Below, in pieces: positions 40,020 through 53,230 of a stretch of 64,000 bases of DNA. A model generated the notes under the pieces. The model ran no database searches. It saw only the letters and a program-made list of their open reading frames with translations, and was not told the origin of the DNA. The position numbers were made by a program, and so were the translations under genes. The DNA lies in contig MU057654.1 in the NCBI GenBank assembly GCA_013265495.1, positions 235,203 through 299,202 of the forward strand. Reading direction: 5' to 3'. The first letter of the stretch is position 1, and each line of letters begins with the position of its first letter. Origin of the DNA: Vicugna vicugna. Taxonomy: Eukaryota.

Positions 40020-40549
40020 AATATTTAGTTTTCATCTGTCACCATACAGATGATCCCTATTACCCATTCCCACCCTCACACCCTGCAACCCTTTCTCTAT
40101 GGCAACCACTAATCTATTTTCTGTATCTATGGTTTATTTTTGTTTGGTTTGGTTTGTCCATTTATTTATTAGTTGCTTATATTCCACATATAAGTGAAAT
40201 CATATGGTATGTGTTTTTCTATGTCTGACTTATTTCACTTTGCATAATATCTTGAAGGTCCATCCATGATATCTCCAATGGCAAGATTTCATCTTTTATG
40301 CCTGAGTAGCATTCCACTGTGTATATATACAACATCTTCTTTATCCAGTCATCTATTGATGGGCACTTCATTATCTTTGCTATTGTAAATAATGCTGCTA
40401 TGAACATTGGGCTGCATATATCTTTTTGAATTAGTGTTTTTGTTTTCCTAGGATAAATACCCAGAAGTGGGATAGCTGTACCATATGATAGTTCTCTTCT
40501 TAATTTTTTGAGGACCCTCCATACTGTCTTCCATAGTGGATGCACCAAT
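40020..40549 (-). mobile_element. LINE-1 3' end (older L1MA-like)
   Basis: Minus-strand ORF 40219-40572 gives PLWKTVWR...MFIAALFTIAK...WIKKM. Confidence 0.88.
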
Positions 40550-41099
40550 ATTTTTTGCCTAGATTTTATCATTTTGTTGATATTGTAAATATAATCTTTT
40601 CCTCCATCATAATTTTAATCTGGCTATTTTTACATTAAAGTTCATTATTTTATATATTTTTAAAAGCCATTTCCAAATAATATACCTTGGATTACTTGGT
40701 TTATACTCTCATGCTTTCATATTTTTCTTATTTTTAGAGGTTCCTTTTAGAAAGAGCCCTGCTTCCTAAGTATTTAAGGGCATCTTTGCACATTCTTGCC
40801 ATTTAACAAGAGAAAAGAAGAAGAGAAACATAAGGCTGAGTAGTAGGGAAAACGAAATAATAAATTATAGGATGTAAAATAGAGAGTTCTTGACAATGAC
40901 ATCCTACTCACTTATTTTTACAGGTGACATAATGGAGCCCAGAGCGGTTCAATGACTCACTCAATGCTTTATTCTTCTGTAGCAGCTTGTCTTTTCAGGA
41001 CTCTATGGGAATCTTCTCTGGAATTAGAACTAAAACAAAGGGAAAGGGCTTTATTTTCTTACTGTGTCACCTGTATCATGCACATATGGTAACTAATGC

Positions 41100-44000
41100 A
41101 GTAACACTTTGTATTGATGAATGTAGGGCTGAAATATGCCCCTTGTGCTAAGACAGCTCAGTAAGAAGTCACATAAATTAGCTGAGATGGTGTAGGGTTC
41201 AGGCAGAAGTGTTGGTGTGGCAGTTTAGGGAGGTGAGATAAGGAGAATGAACGTAACATTTATATAATTTCTCTTATCTGAGATAAACATATTTCATCTT
41301 CTCTATTTTTAATAACCACCATTCAAGGGACTTAGTATTATCACCATTAAGCAGATGTGAACTATAAGGCTTGTAGGTTAAGTAATTTGTTCCAAGTCTC
41401 CAGGCTTGTAAGTGACAGGGGAAGGAGTCAAAACCTGTATGCCCCTAAGGCCCAAGATCTTTCTCAAGTGACCTGCAGTCTCCTAGGCACTGAGTCTAAT
41501 TGTCTGGGGGTGGGTTTACCTAGAGATGGTCAGGACAGTGAAGAATGCCCACCAATGCATTTCTAAACAACTGTTGTGTTGCCTTATAAATCAGAAAATC
41601 TAAATGGAGATTTTTAAATACCTACTGACAGAAAGAAATCTCACAGGGGAACACTATTGGCAATAAAATGTGAAAAATTCAATTACAACTAATTATAGAA
41701 GTGAAAATAAAAATAAATAGATCAATTCAGAATATTAGGGTTATATGATCCCACTTCTGCAAAGGAATGTATGATTATATGTGTATCTATATAATCTATT
41801 GATATATTTAAATTAGTATCTAATTAGCAAGGAAAAACATCTGGAGGGCCACATAGCCTGCTAGCAATAATGGTCTCATGGCATAAAGGGCTGTAAGGTA
41901 AGAGAGACAGAGGTTAAATATTACCTTCTAATAATTTATTGCTATATTGTTTCATTTTATTTAAATAACCACATGTTGATCTCACAATCTGAAAAAATAA
42001 TTGCATTGATACTTTCAACACACAGAAAACAGCTGGTTTTTTAAATTGAAGCATAGTCAGCTTACAATGTGTCAATTTCTAGTGTACAGCATAATGTTTC
42101 AGTCATACATATATATTCATTTTCATATTCTTTTTCATTATAGATTACTACAAGATATTGACTATTTTTGCCTATTCAGTATATATGTGCTATACAGTAT
42201 AAACTTGTGTTTATCTACTTTATATATGGTGGTTACTTTCTGCAAATCTCAAACTCCCATTTTACCCCTTCCCACCTCCTTTCCCCCTGGTAACCATAAG
42301 TTTGTTTTCTATGTCCGTGAATCTGTTTCTACTTTGTAAATAAGTTCATTTGTGTCTTTAGATTCCATTTATAAGTGATATCATATGGTATTTTTCTTTC
42401 TCTTTCTGGCTTACTTCACTTAGAATGATGATCTCCAGGTCCATCCATGTTGCTGCAAATGACATTATTTTATTTATTTTTATGGCTGAGTAGTATTCCA
42501 TAGTATATATATATACCACAACTTCTTTATCCAGTCATCTGTTGATGGACATTTAGGCTGCTTCTATGCCTTAGCTAATGTATACAGTGCTGCTATGAAC
42601 ATTGGGGTGCATGTATCTTTTGGAATTAGAGTTCCCTTGGATATATGCCCAGGAGTGGGATTGCTGGAGCATATGGTAACTCAATTTTTAGTTCTTTGAG
42701 GAATCTCCATACTGTTTCCCTAATGGCTACACCAAACTTCATTCCCATCAACAGTATATGAGGGTTCCCTTTTCTCCATACTTTTTCCAGCATTTGTCAT
42801 TTGTGGACTTTTAAATGATGGCCATTCTGACTGATGTGAGGTGATGCCTCATTGTAGTTTTGATTTGCATTTCTCTGATAATTAGTGATACTGAGCATTT
42901 TTTCATGTGTCTATTGGCCATTTGTATATCTTTATTGGAGAATTGCTTGTTTAGGTCTATTAAACTGAATCACAAAACTGATAATGTAAAATATAGGTAG
43001 TTATCTTGAAAGGTGTTTACAATATATTCTTCAAAAGGAAAAAAACTGAATTACAAGCCATGCAGTAGGATACCAGTATTTCAAAATAAATCAATGTATG
43101 TGTAAATTATGTTAAAACATAATATCCCAAATATTTACACACACACACACACTTCTTCCTTAAATGGGGCGGGGGCTGTCTGTTCTTCCTCTCTCAAGTC
43201 TGAGGCAGTTGCTGAGTTACTTAGCAATATTCTTGCTCCAGGAGACTTCCAGAAAGCTCTGTCTGGTTGATGGAGAACAGATATCTCTCTCCCTCATTCC
43301 TCAACTTCCTGCTTTACACTATTAAAACAGAAACTCTCATTAATATCAATAGGTATTCTTCTAAATTTTATTGAAATGAAAAAATGACTTTCTAATAATG
43401 AAAACAACAGTATTTTTAAAATCAGACTAAAGTGCAGATATCTAATACAATCTGAATCCATTTCAAAAGATACATATGGATAGAAACACCTTGAAAAGAT
43501 AAACAGTTTCATTTTCTCCTATCTTCAAAAATCTGTCATTCGTTCCATCCTTCCTCTCTTCCTTCCTTTATCCTTCCTTCCATTTATTACATAGTGTTTG
43601 AGTGTCTCCAGTATGCCAGCCAGTGCCAGCCTAAATCTCTGCCTCCTGACCTCATCTATCCTGAGCTCCAGAACTGTAACAGTCTACACTCCACTAAACC
43701 TGTCTAGTGTTAGTGTTCACCTCTACACACGTGACCAGGCTCAGACATCATAGCCTACCAGCATAAACCAAAGAATCCAGGAACCCTGGAAGAGGGAGGG
43801 AGTAGAGTAGAGCTATCCTGACACTTTGAGCATTACAGCTACCTTCTCACTCATGCGTTCACTTTTTCACATCTAATGATATGTGTCCTTCTCCTGATTG
43901 TGGCTCACTGCCAAGGTGGTGTAGAAAGGGTTAAAGTTAAAGCAACTCTTGGGAAGTCTCATTCTTGGTTTCTCTCATAGGCATGAACTGCAGAGTTCAG

Positions 44001-44110
44001 GCACTTTCTACAATCATGATGTTATGTTTCACGCAGTTTTCCGGACATGCCCAACTGCTGGGTAGTGGATTTCCACACAGGATTTCCCCAGGGATGAACC
44101 AGGTCAGAGA
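41100..44110 (+). repeat. Ancient tandem-duplication unit, copy IV (interrupted by L1, CTCF motif lost)
   Basis: cttccagaaagctctgtctggt (43246) matches cttccagtaagccgtgtttggt (38164). cttgtgctaagacagct (about 41142) matches cttctgccaagagacct (about 36712). Confidence 0.6.
42037..42958 (-). mobile_element. Lineage-specific LINE-1 3' end
   Basis: Antisense ORF2 C-terminus and 3' UTR of the same type as 4847-5474. No clear TSD seen. Confidence 0.9.
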
Positions 44111-44159
44111 GTATTTCCTGACTATTTTATCTGGCTAAGGTCTCAGATTAGCTTTGCCC

Positions 44160-44420
44160 TTTCTTTACTGAGCTAATGCCTCCTTATCCCTCAAGTCCCA
44201 GCTTAAACATCACTTCCTGTCGGAAGCCTCCCTAACACACCCATGACCAGTCAGGTACTTATGCTATCTGCTCTGTTCCCATAGCACCCTGACTTCCCCT
44301 ATTAAAGCAGCTACAACACTTCATCATTTTTGCTGGCTTCACTATCTTCCCCTTTAGAATGTAAGTTCAAAGGGCAAGGACGATGTCTGTGTTTTGTCTT
44401 GTTCTGCTTTCACCACTGCA
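44160..44420 (+). mobile_element. L2 fragment
   Basis: cagcttaaacatcacttcctgtcggaagcctcccta...tagaatgtaagttc...ttcaccactg. Confidence 0.7.
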
Positions 44421-47400
44421 ATGTATTATACCTTTAAGCCTTAATGTCTATATTTTTACTTAAGTTCAAAAGTAATGTGAATTCTCAGTGATGATTTTTG
44501 CTATACCAAAGAGTGTCCTCACCCTTTTGCACTTTCATTGTAATTTAATTTGATTTAGGTCATATCAGATGAGTTTCCACATGCTATTACAATTACAGAA
44601 GATTGTGTACTTATATTAATGAGAATCTTGCAATTTTTGATTGATACACTTTTGTTTTTTAATTTTATCTTTTATCTCATAACACCTACCCATGAAAGAA
44701 AAAATTGATATGAAAGGTCAAAATAACATAAATCTTTCATAATCCTACCACACAATGAGTGCATTCTTCTTGTAATAAACAATGGTGAGACGAATGACAT
44801 TCAGTTCCTGTTGCTAAAGAAGATGTTTCATATTTGCATTTAGAATAGATTCAGCTCACTTATGAGTGTGCTCCTGAAACTCATATGGATAATTTTTATG
44901 CTTTTGTGAATAGACCTTAATGTCTAGTCTGGTGTGTGTGCACACAAGTGCTTATGAGTGTGTGTTTGTGTCTTCCTAGAACACTTATCTGTGTTTCCAT
45001 ATATCCCTTCATTGATAGATATCCTTTCTGTTCTTTTTAATCCTTCAATAAATTTATGTTTGTGGTAAAGGTCGAAATTAGGCATTTAGTTGATGAATTT
45101 TATAGTTTCCATACACTTGTGCACATCCTTGACTATTTCCTTAGGGTACATTTCAAGACATGGAATTGCTGCCTCAAATGGTATACACATGCTTAATTTA
45201 ATTCCCCACCTGCCACCCAGAAAAGTTGTACCAATTTAAAGTCCATAAACTGGAATTAAGTGAAAAAAGCCTCAGGGAAGTGAGGAGCATGGTTGTACTG
45301 ATGTCCTGTTAGAAAATGCAAGCCTTAGATTCCACTGAGCATCAGCTTAAGGCCACAATAACAGTAAATACACCTAGAGCAATCAGTAGTGAGTGGCAAT
45401 AGTAAATACAGTACATCGTGATACAGCATGGGGGTAAATAATGGCAAGAGCATAGGACTTGGAGTTGCTAGTCCTGGATTATAGTTGCAGTTTGATGAAA
45501 AATATGAAAAACTGGTTTAAAATCCCTGTATTAATATTATTATGAGACAAATTGTTACCCTCCAGGCCAGTACGACATTTAGCCAGGGTTAATCCAGGTT
45601 CTCACTGAACCAATATGTGGATCAACTGCCCTCCCACTCTAGCTGGTTAGCAGAAGGAGATTGTTCTGTCCACTGATCACAAGAATCTTCCAAGAGGTGC
45701 TCTCCTAATCATCTGAAAATTCATTGTCAAATATTCCTTATAAACAGAAAGATGCTTGGACTTTGCAAGATGTTGCAGATGCCTGCTTAGAATCTCTCTT
45801 GAAACTAAAAAGTTGGTACTTTCATGTTTTGGTGTCCAAGAGATAGAAGGACTCAGATAAATGACTTGAACAGAGATTGCTGATTTTGGTGATGGATTAA
45901 CCTGGCCTGGTCTCCAAGAGAATCCTCTGAATAGTAAAAGGTTTATATAAGGGTCGGATGACTGAGGCGGAAAGCAATTAAGCAATACTAGACACTGTGC
46001 CTTAGACCCTGGGAAGAGAGAGCCATTTACTTTTCTACGTGAATGTAAGCTCTTCTTTCTCTTTTTCAGCAGATATAGTTTGGCGCAGCAGAATCCCTCT
46101 GAAACAGTATCACTCAGCCAGATGATGCAGAAAGAGGCCTGAAAAAGCAGGTTTGTTCCATTGAATTAAATGAGAATTTGAAATGAGTAGACAGACATTA
46201 TTACATAACACAGTTTTGTCATGAGGGCCAGACTTTCACATTTTACTTCAGACCCTCCTAGAATATTGAAATTTTATATAATTACCATCAACATTTTTTC
46301 ATACTTCCACTACCATATGTTACTTTTTGTAATTTGGAATTCAAAATAAAGTTTTAAAATGATCAAGATATAAAATAAGAGAGGAATTAAGAAGAAAAAG
46401 GCATTACCATGATAAATTGGGTTTTACAAGTCTTCTCTAACAAAATACCATTTTCTACTCTTTAATTTTCTATGCTTTTCTATGATGCTCTCTGTATTAA
46501 GCTCTCTCTGTTTATGGTATTCTGAATAAGTGATTTATGGACTGGTTATTATAATCATTTAAAGATCTTACAGCAGAGATTTCTTTTAAAAAGAGGCAAA
46601 CCTCTAATGCTTAAGCTACTGTTCAGCTATTGTCCATTATCCTAATATCAAAAAGAGGCATAAAAACTTAAAGGTATATGGAAGGTCCACTGAAATAATA
46701 CATCAGTGAATATAAAAAAGGATAAGGCATCTTGATCAATCCAGTTCCCTTATTTTTATGTTTGAAGAAACAGAAGCTGAGAGGTTCAGTGACTTGTAGA
46801 TGATAGAGCTGATTCGTGGACGAGAAATAACTAAGTATCGAAGTGGAAAACAACACTTCTAATGATTCTGAACAACAGGCATGTTATTTTCCACTGTCCC
46901 TGGGGTAGACATCCAAGTTGCCTTCAATTTCCCACCACTACAAATATATCCTTTCACATATTCCCTTACTTAACTATGTAAAAAATGAGTCTGAGATATA
47001 CACCCAGGAGCAGAATTGCTGGGTCATTGACCATGTATTCCCTTACTATGACTAAGCACTTCTATGTTCATCTCCAGAGAGAAAACACCAGTATGTACTT
47101 CTACCCACTGTTTGTTCAGGGCCATATAGCCCCCAGCAACACTTGGCATTATCCACCATTTTAATGTTTGCCTGTTTATGAGGTAAATGATATTTTTTTG
47201 CTGTTTCATAGGAAGCTAATAATGAATTTGAGTGCTAAATACTTAAAATACATGCTGTATAATTTGGTTATATTTCTGGAGTTTATTAGTAGTGGTATTA
47301 ACATTATTATCTACCATTAAGCTATATATTAGTTTTTACCAGTACCATGGCAGGTTTTTTAATTTAATATTTAATGGCATGAAGAAAGGATCAAAAGTTA

Positions 47401-48499
47401 TGTTTTTTAATTAAAAATTTACCAACTGACCCAATACCACTACCTGAATAATCCGTGTTGTCCACTGATTAGAAATGACAAGATTATCACATTTAAAACC
47501 TTCTTGGGACTGAGTTTTTATTCTGTTCCATTCAATTGTATCTTAGTTTTTCCACCAATCTTATCCTGTTTTAATATTGTTGTTCATAAAATATTTAAAT
47601 AGCTGAAAAATAACATTTCTTCCATTATTTGCTCTCTAGAAAGTCAAGAATTGTAACAACAACAATAACAAAAACAGTAAATGTAGCTAACATTTATTGA
47701 GCATTTGCAATGCATCTGACACTTTACTTACATTATGACTCTTAATCTTCAATTACAAATAATGCTGTAGATACTACTCTTATCCCCATTGGAAAGATGA
47801 GAAACTTGAGATACAGAAAACTAAACTGGTTTGATGTGGAACCTAGTCTTAAACTCATGTCTTATCACAGCAAGTTCATAATCTTAACCACTGTTTTATT
47901 AAAATGAACTGTAGGAAATAGTCAAAATTGGAGCATTTCTAACAAATAAAAATGTCAATTTCTTATTGTCTAACCTAATATACAGTATTTTGTATTTTAG
48001 AAATGAGGCCATCCAAGAGAAAATGTGCCCATGGCCCAGTAATTAATAACAAGTCTGCTATCTGGATCCATGAACTTCTAACTCCCATCTTCTAACCAGG
48101 AGGGTCATTATTGTCATTTATTTCTTGAACTCAATAAGAAGCTATTTCTCTGATGACCCACTAGAAGGTAATATAACAGAAAGAAAAGCACATGAAAGGA
48201 AATGGCATAGTGGTTATTTTTCTCATTACCTGTATTTATCAGGTAATCCATCCTACAACTCAGAAATTACACTGAAGCTCACAGATGATCAAAAATGCAT
48301 TGACATTCCACTTGATGCCATTATACTTTCAAATATTCTCTATAATAACTTTGCTATTTAATTTATATTAAAATCATATCTTTAATGGAAGAAGGGAGAC
48401 ACGAGTAATACTTGTTCAAAGACTACTATGTTTTAGACAATAGTAGAAGTATTGCAATTTTCACCTTGCATTAGCTCTGTGAGTGCACAGTGTATTATA

Positions 48500-51385
48500 T
48501 TTACTAAAAATATTTTCCACAACATAAACAAAGAAATATATTTTATTTACAAAAAGCATTTTAGGAAACAGCTTGCATAGAATTATCTCAATTCTATTTT
48601 CAATCACATAATTAAAAAGGAGATAGTCATTCAGTTTTATTTGCTGATTTGATGGTGACTAACAAATATGCATTTCTTTCTCTCCCTCTGTTTTTTATTC
48701 ATTCAACAAACATTTACTGTACACCTAGTAAGTGTAAGGCACTGTCAGACCAAATCATATCTTCATCACAAGCCTATTCTTTAGAGTTCCAGACCCTGTT
48801 ATTCAACTACAGCATGATGTATATTCACATGTATAACTAGGCATGAACAATTTATTAAGCCAATTGAAATGATACAGTCCTTGAGCTCTGAAAGTTTACT
48901 ATATAGATAGAAGTTCATGTCATAGTAGTAGTGGGAGAGTCTAGGGTTTGGAAATAGGCAAACATAGGTTAAAATTCCTGTTCTGCCACTTATTTAAGGT
49001 ATGCAAACTTAGAAAGTTTACTTAGCATCTCCAAGACTTAACTTTCTAATCTGTACATGCAGATTGTTATCTGTGTTTTGAAAGAAAGTCTATGGAATGC
49101 AGTACGTCCAACCACCTTGTCTGAAAATTTAACATATTAATTTTTTTCTTACTCTATCTTTTCCCTTTCTTAGTAGAAATGACTCTGCCATGAGTTCAAT
49201 TGCATAACTATATCATAGAAGACGTTCAGAAATGTAACAATGAAAGGAAAACTTATTATATTACGAATGTAATCCAATGGCATTTCTGTGTAATGGAACA
49301 AGTTGGCTGATAGAATTCAATCATTATATTTTTCCTAACACATTTGGATGTTCTAGATTAACATGATGCATTTGTATGGCTTGGGAGGTTCTAATATTCT
49401 TTGAGCCTCAGAATGTTAAGATATAACAGAAACATAATGAATAATGTTGGATCTGCATGAGGGACACAAGAACAAGAGTCAGGAAATCTATATAGGTCCC
49501 AATTCTTAAGTGATACTTTATGACAGAATAGAACACTCCCATACAGTCAGAAATGTGGGGATAAGTGAGATCCCCATTTCTGCAAGAATTCTGAATTCTC
49601 AGAAGGGAAGCAAGATGTTCTCTTATGTGTAAGGAATCAATTTGACAAGAATTATCTGTAAGAAAATTAGGCCTCTAAAGAGTAGTCATCCAATAAATGT
49701 CTTTTATTAATTTTATATTTTAAATGCCTTTTGTGCTTGGCAAGGTGTCTGGTAGAATTTAGAGACCACTCCAAAACACATGAAACATGCCCATTAGAGA
49801 ACAAGTTAAGGGAATGCTCACTATGATAACTCTTTTATGCGGTCAATTTATTTAATTATGTCAGCAAGCCTCTCAGAGAAATTGTTCTAAAAGGGGATTG
49901 TTCGGAGACAGTGGTGTTCTATAAATACACATACACAAGCATACACATGTTGTTTGTATCTCTGCTCCTGTCTACAATTTTCTACATGCCTATCTACAGT
50001 TTCATTGCTGCCCTCTTGTTGGGGATTTTCTTTTCTATCTCTAAATGTGGGCTTTTATCAAAGGATTTAAGCTCACTTTTAGGTGAATGTATAAAATCAT
50101 ACCTGAAATGGGTTCCCTTAATTGTAGCCACAGCTCACGTACAGCCTTTTTCACTGGATTTTGTAGTGAGAATCTGTTGGCAATTATGGAATACTGCACC
50201 CCATGGATACTGATCAAATTCTCCCTACCAAAATGAAAGAAGTCAGTGAAGGGTATGAAATAATTAGAGAGAAAGAGGCCATTTCATTCTTTTCTTTCCA
50301 TTTCAAAACCACGAGACCAATCTCACCACTCTTCAAAACAAAAACAAAAAACAGTCAGAAGGCGTCATATGCAGATGTTAGGCTCTAAAACTCATTAACT
50401 ACGTATTAGCATCTCTAGGAAACCCCTTCTTTTTTAACATTTGAAATATAGCCTGAAGCTTGTGTGTCTCTTTTCTGAGAGGCCCCGATATAGGAAAGGC
50501 TTTTTCATGGGGTGGGCCAGAGAGTCATGGTTCATCAGATCTTGAGAGCCTTTACAAACACATAGTCTTTCCAATATTCTAACAATCCAAATATTGACAG
50601 TACTTGGTTATTTACTGCTGCATAACAAATAACCCCAAATACAGGAGCTTAAAACATCAACAGGTTAGTCTTATTATTTGTCATGATTCTCTGAGTTAGC
50701 TAGGTTGTTCTTTTGTTTCAGGTGGGCTCAGCTAGAGAACTGGGATGGTCAAAAGATCGAAAACAGCCTTACTTATGTATTGTGGATTGGTGCAAGCTAC
50801 TGATGGGAGCAAAGAAGCTCAGTTCTCCACATGGGCCCTTCCACATCACCACTTTTGCTCCTCACAGCATGGCAGCTGACATCCAAAATAGGAGCATTCT
50901 AAGAAGCAAAGGTGAAAGATGAAGACTTCTTAAAGCACGGCCTTGGAAACTCTACATCATTTCTGCTGCATTTGCAAAATGGTCAAAAATAATCACTAGG
51001 ACAACCCAGACTCAAGGAAAGGGGAAATAGACTTCTTAATGGGATTGAAGCAAAGTCAAATCCCAAAAGATCATGTAGAATGAGAGAGATTGTTGCAGTC
51101 ATCTTTGGAAACGTGGTCTACCACAGCCAGCAGTCTGAAGCGCCCTCTCTCCCAGATCTCTACAATGACTCTTACCCCATCATCCACTTCAGGTTTCTGA
51201 CACAAAGATTCCACCTCTTCTCCTCATCTTCAACCAGAAATAGTCATGCTTTCCTCCCTCCTAGATATTTGTATTCTGTTGAGGAGTCCTCAGGCTTCAG
51301 TCATTCATACTATAAAGTAAGTACTACTTGACACAATGACTTAATGTTCAGATTCAATTGCCCCTCATTCAAGTTCAAGTTTTCA
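48500..51385 (+). repeat. Ancient tandem-duplication unit, copy V (distal half)
   Basis: atttgatggtgact (48647) matches atttggtgatgact (6509). Collinear with 53900-57700, e.g. gagagaaagaggcc at 50267/57091. Confidence 0.75.
50601..51125 (-). mobile_element. MLT1 (ERVL-MaLR) solo LTR
   Basis: Ends tacttggttatttactgctgcataacaaataacccc and gcagtcatctttggaaacgtggtctaccaca. 5-bp flanks gacag/gccag resemble a TSD. Confidence 0.8.
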
Positions 51386-51439
51386 CTTGAAATCTGGTAC
51401 TCATCTAAGTTGGGAGGTTTGGTGGAGAGGCTTGATCAT

Positions 51440-53230
51440 TATACTATGTAGTTTATGTCATAGTCATCTCTATAATGGAAGGAAGCTACGTGAAGTTAGA
51501 TAGCAACATCTGGAAGTCTTAGCACATGCCAGCACTTTCCACAGATTGCCTCATTTTCTCTTTGGAAAAAATCCTTTAAGGAAAGCCACATAATTCGTAT
51601 TTTTCAGATGATTAATCTCACGTTTATAGAAGATAAGTAACTTTTCTAAGGATGAGCACATAATAAATGGCAATAACAGGATTCTAAATCCTTCTCGTCA
51701 TCTGCTTTTCTATTAGATGTGTTTCCAGGGTTCACGGACTGGTTGTTTTAAACTTGCTAGCTGAAGTGTTCAGGTTAGATGAAAGAGAAGGGGTAGGGAG
51801 AGAGAAAAAATGACATCAACAGAGGATGTAAAATTATGGCCTGATAGAGGAACATCATATGGGTACCTTTTAAATATCTTTTAATAATAGTGAGAACTTT
51901 AGAGGCTCAGATAAGTTAAATATATATCCCAGATCACCAAGTGTGTAAATATGAGAGCAGGGATTCAAAACTAGGATTGTCACTGAAGGCCCTGCCCCTG
52001 ACACTGAGTCCTGTATTTCCCAGTTCTTTAATTTTGTAGACTTCTAATCTCCTGCTTAGCTGACTTTCCGGTTTATACAATTAGGAGAATGGTGAATGTG
52101 CTATTTGGTCCAAATTTATTTATGTTGAACTTTATACATACACAAAATTTTAACACATTCTACATGACAAAAATCATCATGAATACAATTAAGAACTATT
52201 AAAAAACTTGAGAGAAAATATCTCTAAAATGTCTTATAAAAGTAGTCAATATTCTTATTACATAAAGAGCTCTTACAAACCAACAGAGGAATAGCCTAAG
52301 GATATGAACACCCTATGTGTGTGCCTATATACATGTGTTAGCATAATAAATGCAAATAAATTATCAAAAGATTTTAAAATCAAAGGATGTCTTTGGAGGA
52401 AGAAGGAAATATAGACAGATTCACCTTGTGCATGTCTGTATTATTTAAATTTTTTTACAACAAGAGTGTATTTCTGTCACATGTTTTAGTTCTGAAAATG
52501 ACTGGAGATTCTAGGTTCTAGGAATATTTCCTTTACTAAATAGACTTCCACACAGATCTATCTACTGGATTAGAGCAATAATCCTTCCCTGACTCCTTCT
52601 TTCCATCTTTTGTCTAAAATATATATGTTTCATTTCTGGCTCTGATCAAGAGCTGAAATTCCACTGTATTTTATAAAATTCCTCCAATAAATAAATCTAA
52701 TTTTTACAGGGAGAAAAAAAATATGGCAGACATGAATTTTCAAGCCACGTAAAGCACTCAAGTACATACAAATTGTTGCTTTGTCTACTTTTCTGTATTG
52801 TAACTGAATGTAATTTCCAGTTTGAGTCCCAAGTCTGCTGTGAGTAGGAAGTATAATGTCTTCAATTCAGGATAAATACAGTTCCTTCTGGGTTTCCTTA
52901 GTTAATGTGTGATAAATTCAATTATATGCCAATCATATTATATGTCTCTACTTCTTATCACATGACATCTAAATTCTCAGAGCTTATATGTCTTAATTTT
53001 TAATGTCCTTGTTGACATCTCCCAAGATATTTGAATTCCCATCTAAACCTCAAACATGGTTCATATTGCCGTGTTTCAGCCTTGCATCTCAGCCATGAGA
53101 CTGGTTCAGGACTGTAGGCACTCTTGCTCAACTAACTTTTGTGCCCTACTGAGAACACAGCAAAACCAGAATGTGTTCCACACCTCTGAGGGATGTGGGA
53201 AACTCAGTAGGGCTACCTTGGGCCTTCTCT
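51440..53230 (+). repeat. Ancient tandem-duplication unit, copy VI (CTCF motif decayed)
   Basis: 51716-51754 matches 2166-2204 at 32/39 nt. ttctggctctga (52634) occupies the CTCF slot. Confidence 0.7.

Noticed and set aside
42940..42958. Two L1s (13 kb and 42 kb) truncating at almost the same ORF2 position
   Set aside because: Only two events with different 3' UTR types, so coincidence cannot be excluded.
51265..51312. Minus-strand LKPEDSSTEY / LRPEDSSTEY resembling Ig or TCR V framework 3
   Set aside because: In-frame stop immediately upstream, no YYC cysteine, no CACAGTG heptamer or nonamer, and no upstream V framework.
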